A stretch of DNA of 64,000 nt from the IMG/VR virus record IMGVR_UViG_3300021466_000176; one strand, written 5' to 3'. Below are positions 1-8,614 of the stretch, piece by piece (position 1 is the first letter of the stretch; the number at the start of each line of letters is the position of its first letter). The position numbers and the translations under genes are program-made. The DNA comes from a virus. The notes beneath the pieces are model-generated. The model made no database searches. It was not told the DNA's origin and saw only the letters and a program-made list of their open reading frames with translations.

Positions 1-1260
1 ATGTCAATGCTAACAATGAACGCATCACCGGAGACGAAGGTCGATCCGGAGACCTACGATGGAGAGATGTTTCGTGCGCCGAACGGCGTGTACTTCCGCA
101 AGGAACCGGCCGGGCTCATCAAACAGTTGGTAGATGAGTTGATCGAGGAGCGAGGGAGTAAGAAGAACTTCCGGAGTAACGCTGCTGAGGAGTTCGGTAC
201 CGGGTCGCGCGAATACGAGAAATATGACCGCCAACAGGGTGCAGTGAAGCGGATAATGAACAGTTACTATGGCGTCTTAGGCTGGACCCAATTCCGTCTC
301 TACGATGTCGATATGGGCGCGGCAGTTACAGCTTGTGGTCGGGAGGTGTTGAATTTCACTGAGGAAGTTGTCGATAGAAACGGATATGAGGTGCTTTACG
401 GCGATACTGACAGTGTTATGATAAGTCTCGGCTCGGATGTAAGCAAAGAGGAGGCGATCGATGTCGGAATGTGGTTAGAGGAACAGATAAACGAGTCGTA
501 TTCGGAGTTCGCCGCTGAAGTGCTGAACGCTACTGAGGATGATAGGTTCGAGTTGGAACTTGAAAAACTCTATCGGCGCTACTTCCAAGCCGGTCGGAAA
601 AAACGATACGCAGGTCACATCACTTGGAAGGAGGGCCTGGAGGTGGATGATATCGATATCACGGGCTTCGAGTATAAGCGGTCGGATACAGCCGCGCTCG
701 CGAAGAGAGTCCAGAAGAAAACGCTCGGTATGGCTGTTAGGGGTCATGGAATCGACGAAATCCGCGAGTATCTCCGTGATGAGTGGGAGGCGCTGGAGAA
801 CGGCGATCTCGGGTGGGACGAGGTAGGTATCCCACAAGGTATCGGTAAGGAGTTGGATAACTACAAGGCACCGAGAGCAAACGTCAAGGGTGCTATGTTA
901 TCTAATCTCATTCTCGGCACGAACTACGGGGATGGGTCGAAGCCGATGTTCTGTTACATCGGACGGGTAGACGCTTCGTTCTGGGATCGGATGGACGGGC
1001 AGTACGCTACCAACTACGGCGGCGATCCGGACAATGGGAACGCCTATGATCTCTTCAAAGCGTCTATCGAAGACCCGTCCGAAGACATAGGGATCTGCTA
1101 TCAGTACCCCGATCAGGTTCCGGAAGAATTCCACTACGACGTGGATAAGATGGGAGAGCGATTGATGGAAAACCCTATCGGGCGTGTTATCGCTGCCCTC
1201 GGGATGGACTGGGCGGAGATACGGCAGGGACACCAGCAGTCTGGGTTGGATCAGTGGTGA
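1..1260 (+). CDS. polB: Family B DNA polymerase, C-terminal part (probably 5'-truncated by the window edge)
   Basis: Region III KRIMNSYYG, region I YGDTDS, KKRYAG and ITGFEYKRSD motifs; ends in a PIP-box-like QSGLDQW. Confidence 0.95.
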   Translation: MSMLTMNASPETKVDPETYDGEMFRAPNGVYFRKEPAGLIKQLVDELIEERGSKKNFRSNAAEEFGTGSREYEKYDRQQGAVKRIMNSYYGVLGWTQFRLYDVDMGAAVTACGREVLNFTEEVVDRNGYEVLYGDTDSVMISLGSDVSKEEAIDVGMWLEEQINESYSEFAAEVLNATEDDRFELELEKLYRRYFQAGRKKRYAGHITWKEGLEVDDIDITGFEYKRSDTAALAKRVQKKTLGMAVRGHGIDEIREYLRDEWEALENGDLGWDEVGIPQGIGKELDNYKAPRANVKGAMLSNLILGTNYGDGSKPMFCYIGRVDASFWDRMDGQYATNYGGDPDNGNAYDLFKASIEDPSEDIGICYQYPDQVPEEFHYDVDKMGERLMENPIGRVIAALGMDWAEIRQGHQQSGLDQW

Positions 1261-1472
1261 TGAAACCCGATCAGTTGGACAGTTGCCCTTCTTGCGGGCG
1301 TCCGTTCGAGGAGGTAGCGAAGGTCGGACAGTATCACAACTACTTTGCTCGCCCGCCGCTTGGGTGGTGGTTCTACCACGAGTTCGACGAGGAGGAGTCA
1401 ACCCCTAAGTACGTGCTCGATTCGTGCTATGTTGAGAACGAGGATATGCCGGAAGATACTCCAGCCCGGTGA
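1260..1472 (+). CDS. Small CPxCG-type zinc-finger-like protein
   Basis: ATG overlaps the polB stop (TGATG); CPSCG motif typical of haloarchaeal small Zn proteins. Confidence 0.6.
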   Translation: MKPDQLDSCPSCGRPFEEVAKVGQYHNYFARPPLGWWFYHEFDEEESTPKYVLDSCYVENEDMPEDTPAR

Positions 1473-1505
1473 TTTTCTTTAGTTCTCTGTTTTCGTTCTG
1501 TATCA

Positions 1506-1533
1506 GAAGATTTATTACCTCGACCTGTGTACA
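1506..1533 (+). promoter_or_regulatory. BRE/TATA promoter followed by a CTGTGTACA box
   Basis: gaaga-TTTATTAC at 1506-1518, CTGTGTACA at 1525-1533, ATG at 1544; same layout upstream of 4275 and 6714. Confidence 0.65.
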
Positions 1534-1543
1534 CTGGGTTGCA

Positions 1544-2134
1544 ATGTCGGAACTACTCGGCGACATGGCGAACGAGATGGGCGGTAACGCACCCTTCTGG
1601 GCACCACACAAGAGCGACGATGAGGCGAACGACCCGGAATCCCTCATGGGTGATCGACCCGACTACCCGTTGGGTATCATCGGTATCGTGAGCGGGATCA
1701 ATATGGTTCCCACCTACGAGGCGCGTCACGGCGATTCGGACGAGACCGTCGAGGCGTGGGAATTGATTTCGTTGGGCGATCCCGAACAGCCTCGTATCCC
1801 CTTCGGTGAGGATGCAGTTCCCGTCGGTGAGCGCCGCCGCCTGCCGAACACCTCGATCGCCCTGAAGCGGCTTCGGCCCCCTGCTGAGGAGTTCAGCAAC
1901 GAACAGATGGGCAACGACGCTGAGGTCGGCGATCTGTTGCTCATGGTCTACAACGGTGAACTCGAAGACTACGAGCAAGGCGGTAACATCCCACACGGAT
2001 GGGACGTTCGTACTCGGAGCCGTGAAGAATGGGAACAGGCGGATGAAGCCGACGAGTACAACGAGATTATCGAAGAGGCCGGTGGTCTCTTCTCGGACAA
2101 CAGACCAGTAGATTTCATTAACCCCGACGCCTAA
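1544..2134 (+). CDS. Hypothetical protein, possible OB-fold ssDNA-binding protein
   Basis: Start moved to ATG 1544 behind the promoter. VGDLLLMVYNGE...PHGWDVR resembles phage SSB-like proteins; acidic C-terminus; replication-gene context. Confidence 0.4.
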   Translation: MSELLGDMANEMGGNAPFWAPHKSDDEANDPESLMGDRPDYPLGIIGIVSGINMVPTYEARHGDSDETVEAWELISLGDPEQPRIPFGEDAVPVGERRRLPNTSIALKRLRPPAEEFSNEQMGNDAEVGDLLLMVYNGELEDYEQGGNIPHGWDVRTRSREEWEQADEADEYNEIIEEAGGLFSDNRPVDFINPDA

Positions 2135-2142
2135 CGAGGGAC

Positions 2143-2484
2143 ATGGGGTTAGTTGACGAGATGGCAGAGGACGTGGCTGATCGATCCGGTTCGGATTCTG
2201 AGAGTATTTTCGATTCGTTCGGTCAGGACATATACGATGACCCTGAAGAGGACGAACTCGACTTCATTCGGCGATTAGTAGCTCTTCCCGATTTCAAGTA
2301 TGGAGAGGGGTGTGTACCGCTCAGGTTCGTCCGGAAGTACTGTCGGGAACACGATTCGATCGGGAAGTTGAACGCGGATACGATAAACGAGGATCTCGGC
2401 TACGAGAAAGCGGAAATCGAAGTAGATGGGGAGTCAGTGACGGTGCTTGCCGACCCATCCGTATTCGATCCAAGTACCGCTTAA
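2143..2484 (+). CDS. Hypothetical protein
   Basis: Acidic 113-aa ORF with GAGGG upstream, in operon order. Confidence 0.6.
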   Translation: MGLVDEMAEDVADRSGSDSESIFDSFGQDIYDDPEEDELDFIRRLVALPDFKYGEGCVPLRFVRKYCREHDSIGKLNADTINEDLGYEKAEIEVDGESVTVLADPSVFDPSTA

Positions 2485-2521
2485 TTTTTACTTTCGGAGC
2501 GTTACTAACGAGTAACCTCCG

Positions 2522-3496
2522 ATGTTGGACATAGACGATCCCGATGGCGAAATTCAGCAATGGCTCAATGAGAAATACGGCGGCAAGCCCGATGAACGCT
2601 GGAAGCGCGAGATAGGGGAGTATCACTCCTCCGAGATGGGAAAGTGTGCCAGAAAGACGTTTTTGAAGTTCGTGGATGAAGCCCAAGGCCGACCGTCCGG
2701 TGACTTCCGATACTTCGAGTTCGGTATCTGGTTCGAGGACAAATACGAAGAGAAACTGGTTGAGGAATATGGCTCTGATTACATTCTCCAGGACGTTGGA
2801 ATCGAAATCCATCTCCCCGGTGACATCCGAATCGTCGGCGAATCGGACTGGTGCGTACTGAATCGCCCCTACAATGGGGATCCGATCGAATACGAGTTAC
2901 TGGAGGACGAAACTCGGCTCGAACACTCCGATGAAGGGACCCGCGAGATCGGCGAAGACGACGAGCCGATCGTGAAAGAAGTCATTGAGACGAAGACGAT
3001 CGGGTCGCTTTGGTATGTGAAAGGACAACCGAAACATCCCCATAGCTACCAGATAATGAGCTATCTGAAGGCTATCGGTGTTGATGGTCGTGTAACTTAC
3101 ATGCAGCGTGATATCCTCTCGGAAAACGAATTGATGGCATACCTCTACCGCTGCGATCACGAAGAGATGGAAGTTCCGGATCGGCTTCACGAGCGCGTCA
3201 ATGATGCGTTCCATAATGACCTGCGCGAACAGCATTGTGATGTGAACTTCTCCGAGTATACCTGGTATCGGATCGTTGAGAAAGCACATTTGCTCCACAA
3301 TAAGCTCATCGCGGCAGCAAACGATCCGGATGTTCCACACCCACGCGAGATCGATCTGGATGGTATCGATCCGTATTCGAAGAAAACACAGGAACTGATG
3401 CCAGCGACTGACCCGTATGATAGGTCATTTGAGTGTAACTTTTGCAACTTTACTGCTGAGTGCACGAGAATCGGAGGATCGAGGTGGGATAGTTGA
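2522..3496 (+). CDS. Cas4-like PD-(D/E)XK nuclease (stand-alone)
   Basis: N-terminal SSEMGKCARK, GESD, ETKT, QIMSY and C-terminal CxxCxxxxxC (ECNFCNFTAEC): four-Cys Fe-S pattern of Cas4/AddB-type nucleases. Confidence 0.8.
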   Translation: MLDIDDPDGEIQQWLNEKYGGKPDERWKREIGEYHSSEMGKCARKTFLKFVDEAQGRPSGDFRYFEFGIWFEDKYEEKLVEEYGSDYILQDVGIEIHLPGDIRIVGESDWCVLNRPYNGDPIEYELLEDETRLEHSDEGTREIGEDDEPIVKEVIETKTIGSLWYVKGQPKHPHSYQIMSYLKAIGVDGRVTYMQRDILSENELMAYLYRCDHEEMEVPDRLHERVNDAFHNDLREQHCDVNFSEYTWYRIVEKAHLLHNKLIAAANDPDVPHPREIDLDGIDPYSKKTQELMPATDPYDRSFECNFCNFTAECTRIGGSRWDS

Positions 3497-3512
3497 CTGG
3501 TTTTCGTTCTCG

Positions 3513-4202
3513 TTATTGGTATACTTGGTTCGCTGTTGAGTAGATGTGATCCGCTGTTGCTGGCCCGACTCCTTTCACTTCGAGGAGTTCTTCTTCGGAG
3601 GCGTTGAGTACGGCTTTCGGGGTATTGAAGTGTTCGAGCAACGATTTCGCAGTGCTCGGACCGACTTTATCGAAGCTCTCGATAACTCTGCGTGGGAACT
3701 CCCCTTCCGGGACGGTTGGCGGATCACGCAGTGGGCGTTCGTCGATCGGCATAACTGGTGAGGCACATGATTTGACGTAGTAAGCGGTGAAGTCCTCGTT
3801 GGGTGTGTGACTAACCCCTCCGGTGAGGATCTGATTTACGTTCGCGTATTCGCTCATGAGGTAGGCTTTGTGCATATCCGAGTATTTTATCGCGGAACTG
3901 AAGCTTCCTTCGAGCAAGAGTTGGGTGCGGAGGTCCTCGTAGTGGGCGTCGGCAGCGATCTGGAGCCTCGTTAGTTGAAAGAACAGATCGTTCGCGTTGT
4001 TCGCCATCCGGCCGACGAAATCGGAGGCTTCTTTCCGTTCGATGATTAGATCATCGACGATGAAATCACCTACTGGAAGTTCTTCTTCGCGTATTTCGTA
4101 TTCCGTATCCCTTCCCGAGAGCTGTTCTCGTATTTTACCGATTAGAGAACCGGGCTCTCGGGTATCGCAGACGATAACGATCGGCTCTTCCTCTTCTTCC
4201 AT
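3513..4202 (-). CDS. Short XPF/ERCC4-family endonuclease with C-terminal HhH motifs
   Basis: DTRE, LPVGDF, IERK motifs and tandem HhH (VGPSTAKSLL, VKGVGPATA). ATG 4202 preferred over TTG 4229. Confidence 0.9.
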   Translation of the reverse strand: MEEEEEPIVIVCDTREPGSLIGKIREQLSGRDTEYEIREEELPVGDFIVDDLIIERKEASDFVGRMANNANDLFFQLTRLQIAADAHYEDLRTQLLLEGSFSSAIKYSDMHKAYLMSEYANVNQILTGGVSHTPNEDFTAYYVKSCASPVMPIDERPLRDPPTVPEGEFPRRVIESFDKVGPSTAKSLLEHFNTPKAVLNASEEELLEVKGVGPATADHIYSTANQVYQ

Positions 4203-4238
4203 GCCCACTCGTACGATCCGCAATGTCAAAACAGTATC

Positions 4239-4267
4239 GAAAGGTATATGATCTCGAACTGTGTACA
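4239..4267 (+). promoter_or_regulatory. BRE/TATA promoter followed by a CTGTGTACA box
   Basis: gaaagg-TATATGA at 4239-4251, CTGTGTACA at 4259-4267, ATG at 4275. Confidence 0.65.
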
Positions 4268-4274
4268 GTATGAC

Positions 4275-5015
4275 ATGGGCCTATTGAAACGGACCCTCAA
4301 ATTCGGAAAGAAGGCGTTGATAGCGTTTGCTGTCAAAGAATACAGGGATCACTACCTTGTGAATCGGCCGAACATAAAGCGGGACGCGATCGAAGACCGG
4401 ATCGGGGACGAACCCGACGAGAGAGTACAAACGAGAGCACTCCTACTTATCTCCGAGCAACTCACCGAGCGGAACCGGATGGAGTACGCTCAGTTGGAAG
4501 AAAACGAGCAAGCAACTCTCGTCGGTTTCGGAGCAGAAGATAACCAAGCTGGTTACGAGGACATAGATGTCACCAAACACATCGAAAGTTACGTGAAGAC
4601 GCTTTCCGATGCTGTGAAGCGGCGGGTCGAAGGTCGAGTTAACTCACCCACTACCCGCGAACCTTTCGGCGGAGTCCCACTGGAAGACCTACTCGGAACC
4701 GATCGAAGCAGTATGATGGGTGAGTCCATGGTGAACGAGGACGGTCACATCCGGACCCCTAATGGGGACTACATCGATCCGGACGACCCCGAACAGGTCC
4801 AGGAAGCAGTCCAGGAGATGCAAGAGGATCTGTTCGGCGAGTCCAGTGTGGGGTTACCGCTCGATGATATCCTCGAAGGCCTCTCTTCCGATGAGGACGA
4901 TGGTTCGGGATTAGGGTCGGGGTCGTCGGTCGAGATCGGGATTGGCGATCCGGACGAGGAGGACGAGGATGAGGACGAAGAGGGTGATTCAATGGCTGCC
5001 GGAGCAAGTCAGTAG
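4275..5015 (+). CDS. Hypothetical protein with very acidic C-terminus
   Basis: Long ORF directly behind a promoter; start moved to ATG 4275. Confidence 0.7.
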   Translation: MGLLKRTLKFGKKALIAFAVKEYRDHYLVNRPNIKRDAIEDRIGDEPDERVQTRALLLISEQLTERNRMEYAQLEENEQATLVGFGAEDNQAGYEDIDVTKHIESYVKTLSDAVKRRVEGRVNSPTTREPFGGVPLEDLLGTDRSSMMGESMVNEDGHIRTPNGDYIDPDDPEQVQEAVQEMQEDLFGESSVGLPLDDILEGLSSDEDDGSGLGSGSSVEIGIGDPDEEDEDEDEEGDSMAAGASQ

Positions 5016-5024
5016 GGAGTAATT

Positions 5025-6227
5025 GTGTCGCAATTAGACAGAGAGCGTATCGCTGTTGACCTCGAAGGCGTTTTAGCGGATATTCACGCAGCGTACTTGG
5101 AGGAATACAACGATACCTATGATACGGATCACTCGCTTGAAGAGGTCGCTGGTGGTAATGGCTGGTCGTGGATGAACGAGATGGAGGGCGGGTTTGACGT
5201 GTTCATGTCGATCACGACGCAGGCGTGGAACGGTATGGCAGATGTGGAGATATATTCGCTTGTGGAGAACCTCAGATGGCCGTTGCTCAAGCTACAGCGT
5301 GGCGGGTTCACAGTTGATGTGGTTACTAATCGGATCGGGGTAGACGATCACGTCGAGAACTGGCTTGCGGACCATAACGTTCCCTATGATGATCTGATTT
5401 GTACACCAATGGATAAAGGTGAGATGGGGTATGACATTTACGTGGATGACAATCCCCACTTACGGAAGTCGATTCCGGACGGAGCCCACCAATACTACAT
5501 CACCCACCCTTGGAACATCGATGAGTATTGGTCCAACACTACCCATTGTCCGAGTATCACCGAGGTTTCGAAACAGATCCTCCAGGATTACTCGATCGGG
5601 GTCGGTGTCGTCGGCTATCCGGGAACCGGAAAGTCATCAGTAGGGGAGTACCTCGCTGCTGATATTGGTATCGACTACGGGAACCACTCTGAGGGCGATA
5701 GTTCTGCTGTCCTCATCGGGACGGGCGATTTGGTTCGTCGGATGGCGGCCGAACACTTCGGAATAGAGGATACGACGGAACTGTCATCGGATGAACTCGG
5801 CGATTATTCGACGGATCGTCGGAACGAAGACGGCGGGGATTACGTCGGTCAGGACGTTATCTCGGTGCTGGATGAAAAGCCCCAATTCCCGGATCAACCC
5901 GTTATAATCAGCGGGATGCGCGATACCGAGGTGCCGGAGTTGTTCCGGGAGTACTTCGGTACGTTCGTCATTCTATGGGTCCAGAGCGATTTCTCCGATC
6001 GGTTATCGCGCTTACAGGATCGCGGGCGGCAGGATGAATCCGAGTTTACCCCATCGGCGCTGATGAATCGGGACTCACGCGAGCGGGATTGGGGTATTGG
6101 GGATCTCGTCCGACAGTGCGACGTGATGGTCCGAAACGACAGTAGTATCGAAGACCTACGGTCACGATCAGTCAATGGTGTCCTCGAACACATCCGAACC
6201 GGGAGGCATGTTAGCGTTCGTGATTGA
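5025..6227 (+). CDS. Fusion: HAD-family 5'(3')-deoxyribonucleotidase-like domain + P-loop NMP-kinase-like domain (archaeal UPF0200 type)
   Basis: N-half DLEGVLAD, VVTNR, YVDDNP, PWN; C-half GYPGTGKS, GDLVRR, ISGMR, RLSRLQDRGR, RDSRE, VMVRNDSSIEDL. Confidence 0.8.
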   Translation: MSQLDRERIAVDLEGVLADIHAAYLEEYNDTYDTDHSLEEVAGGNGWSWMNEMEGGFDVFMSITTQAWNGMADVEIYSLVENLRWPLLKLQRGGFTVDVVTNRIGVDDHVENWLADHNVPYDDLICTPMDKGEMGYDIYVDDNPHLRKSIPDGAHQYYITHPWNIDEYWSNTTHCPSITEVSKQILQDYSIGVGVVGYPGTGKSSVGEYLAADIGIDYGNHSEGDSSAVLIGTGDLVRRMAAEHFGIEDTTELSSDELGDYSTDRRNEDGGDYVGQDVISVLDEKPQFPDQPVIISGMRDTEVPELFREYFGTFVILWVQSDFSDRLSRLQDRGRQDESEFTPSALMNRDSRERDWGIGDLVRQCDVMVRNDSSIEDLRSRSVNGVLEHIRTGRHVSVRD

Positions 6228-6672
6228 AACAACGAAAAATTGGATGGACGACGATGAGCACCGGGAGAGAGTTGAATCGCTGAGGGAAGAGATGAATAGA
6301 CGGAAAGGTCGGGAACCCTCGACTAATGCGGATGAATTCGATGACTTTTTCTTCGATATCTCGAAGGAGTCCGCACTCGTCGAGATGGAAACAATTTTGA
6401 TGGTTCTTGTCGCACGACGCGGCGAAGCATCCGGTCTCGAACTCTGCGAGGAATTGGAGTCGCTGTTCGGATTCGATGCTGCTCAGAGCACTATCTACCC
6501 GAAACTGAATGGATTGGTTTCGGACGGGCTGCTTGAAGTAACCCATTTCCCCCAGTCTAAGCGACACGAACTGACTGAGCACGGTGAAGAGGAGTTAGAG
6601 CGACGGAGAAAGGAATTGGCGTCCCGCTACGTCGTTTTGTCTACTTTTTTCAGTGATGTTGGTACCGAGTAA
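6208..6672 (+). CDS. PadR-family winged-helix transcription regulator
   Basis: QSTIYPKLNGLVSDGLL and HELTEHGEEEL motifs. Start uncertain (6208, 6220 or 6244). Confidence 0.8.
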   Translation: MLAFVIETTKNWMDDDEHRERVESLREEMNRRKGREPSTNADEFDDFFFDISKESALVEMETILMVLVARRGEASGLELCEELESLFGFDAAQSTIYPKLNGLVSDGLLEVTHFPQSKRHELTEHGEEELERRRKELASRYVVLSTFFSDVGTE

Positions 6673-6677
6673 GGCCC

Positions 6678-6706
6678 GAAACCTTTTTATTACGATACTG
6701 TGTACA
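6678..6706 (+). promoter_or_regulatory. BRE/TATA promoter followed by a CTGTGTACA box
   Basis: gaaacc-TTTTTATTA at 6678-6692, CTGTGTACA at 6698-6706, GTG start at 6714. Confidence 0.65.
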
Positions 6707-6713
6707 TCCCGGT

Positions 6714-8075
6714 GTGAAAACTGATTGGGACGTGCCCGAGTACCTTCAACGGGATGAATTACGGATTTGGGTGCTTTGGCACACAGGATTCAAGCGCGCG
6801 TGCGCTCCGTGGGAAAACAACGGTGTAATGAGGGAAGCGATCTGGAAAAAAGAGGTCAAAGACCGCCCGGAGCGCAGCTACGATGAGGTAATCGAGTACA
6901 TGGAAGAGTACGAAGCGGAACTGCTCGATCCTGATAACTACGATTTCAGCGGATTCGAGCCCGAAGACCCCATCGACCCTGAAGAGGTTCGGCCGACCGT
7001 TCTTCTCCCGCATCGTGATCGTTGGTCCGGCGATTGGCCTGACCACCATCCGGCTATGATGACTTCGAACAATCGCTTGACTGGGGAACGCGAATGTCTG
7101 ATGTTCCTCGATCTCGACGACGTTCACAATCCCGAGACTGGAGAGACACTGCCAGAAGCCGAACAAATCATCGACCGACTCGATTGTTACACGGAGTGGT
7201 CGCGGTCGAAAACAGGCTTCCATTGTTGGTTTCTGGCACGCCTCCCTCCGGGTGATAAGGTATTGAATGAGAGCTTCGATACTGATCCCATCGTCGGGGA
7301 CGATATGCCGGGTGTCGAGATGTATAACTTCGCCCGGTTCACCGGATCGACATGGAATCACATCGAAGACACTCCGATGACAGTTCCCGAGCGCCAAGAG
7401 GAGCTGGGCGGGTACGGAGACGGAGGGGAAGGAATACTCGCCGACTACGATTTCTTTGATCCGGACGACCTGGAAGATTGGGATCCTGATGAGCTGACGG
7501 GTTCGGGGTCGGGATCGAGTTCGGATACAAGCTTGTTCAACGACATCGAGGACGTGTTCAACACAATGAATCCGTTCTATGATGCGGATATCATGGATAT
7601 CGTCCGGAGCACCGACTTCAGCAAGCACGGGAGCAAGTCGAGCGGTGGCGAAATTCACGGTCCGAACCCGGGGCATGGTGCTCAGGCCGGAAGCAAATGG
7701 AACAAACAGTCCACTAATACGACCATCAACCCATCCGATAATGTCTGGTGGTGTCGGATCGACGGACACGGTGGCGGCGGTCCGCTTACTGGTGCTGCTA
7801 TCACTATCGGTGTCGCTGATTGTGGTAATGCTAATCAGATCATCCATGACCCCTCTTCGCCGAGCGATTACGTGGCTGTCTACAAGGCATGTAAACATAT
7901 CAAGGAATCGGGAGCTGTAGACCCGGATGCCGAGTATCCGTATAATGCGATGGTCGGGCATTACATTCTGGAAAACGGCCTTGAGAACGATTCGTGGAGG
8001 GACATGCAGGCCGATCCGAGCAAATACAAGCCAGCATCGTCGATGGAGAGACAGTACCGGCAGTTTATGGGCTAA
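6714..8075 (+). CDS. Primase/primase-polymerase-like protein (AEP-related catalytic domain + zinc-binding-like domain)
   Basis: WVLW, FLDLDDV, TEWSRSKTGFH, VEMYNFARF motifs; later HGPNPGHG...WWCRIDGHGGGG. No helicase P-loop in this ORF. Confidence 0.75.
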   Translation: MKTDWDVPEYLQRDELRIWVLWHTGFKRACAPWENNGVMREAIWKKEVKDRPERSYDEVIEYMEEYEAELLDPDNYDFSGFEPEDPIDPEEVRPTVLLPHRDRWSGDWPDHHPAMMTSNNRLTGERECLMFLDLDDVHNPETGETLPEAEQIIDRLDCYTEWSRSKTGFHCWFLARLPPGDKVLNESFDTDPIVGDDMPGVEMYNFARFTGSTWNHIEDTPMTVPERQEELGGYGDGGEGILADYDFFDPDDLEDWDPDELTGSGSGSSSDTSLFNDIEDVFNTMNPFYDADIMDIVRSTDFSKHGSKSSGGEIHGPNPGHGAQAGSKWNKQSTNTTINPSDNVWWCRIDGHGGGGPLTGAAITIGVADCGNANQIIHDPSSPSDYVAVYKACKHIKESGAVDPDAEYPYNAMVGHYILENGLENDSWRDMQADPSKYKPASSMERQYRQFMG

Positions 8076-8078
8076 TAT

Positions 8079-8579
8079 ATGGTTGAGCGAAAAACTATTC
8101 AAGCGACTTCCGAAGCGCACAGCTACATCGAGATGGTCAAGGAGTGGTTAATCGACCAACCCGCAATATATGGGTTTGACCGCCAAGCTTCGATGACGAA
8201 AGCGTTGGATCAGATCATCCTCGGGGACGTTTTGACCCGATATGAGATGTTCGAAGAGGGACGGGATGAGAACGGATGGAACCACTGTGAATGGAGCGGG
8301 GAACCTATCTCCCGAAACCTCCGGGAACTCGAACCGGGCAGTTCCTATGTCCTCCGAATCGATAGTCACCGTGGGGACTTCGCATACACACCCCACCTCT
8401 ACAAGGACGCAGAAGCCGCATATTTGGCTCAGATAGCGTCGGAAGGAGTAGATGATCTCCAGGAGGTTCCAGGAGAGAAACGGCTCTCACTGGCCGCTCT
8501 CGTCTGTCTCGCGGAGGGCTACGAGGAACTCGCAACGGAGCTGCTCAGAATGGCGAATCGGAACGGGGTTGAGACGTGA
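8079..8579 (+). CDS. Hypothetical protein
   Basis: 166-aa ORF starting 3 nt after the primase stop; acidic. Confidence 0.65.
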   Translation: MVERKTIQATSEAHSYIEMVKEWLIDQPAIYGFDRQASMTKALDQIILGDVLTRYEMFEEGRDENGWNHCEWSGEPISRNLRELEPGSSYVLRIDSHRGDFAYTPHLYKDAEAAYLAQIASEGVDDLQEVPGEKRLSLAALVCLAEGYEELATELLRMANRNGVET

Positions 8580-8614
8580 TGTCCGGGATCATGCATACGG
8601 ACGTGATTTGATCG

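Noticed and set aside
2522-3496. CRISPR-Cas locus implied by the Cas4-like gene
   Set aside because: No other cas genes and no repeat-spacer array seen in the window.
6759-8120. 453-aa antisense ORF overlapping the primase gene
   Set aside because: Shadow frame: Arg/Val/His-rich, not acidic, no motifs, while the + frame has clear primase-like motifs and a promoter.
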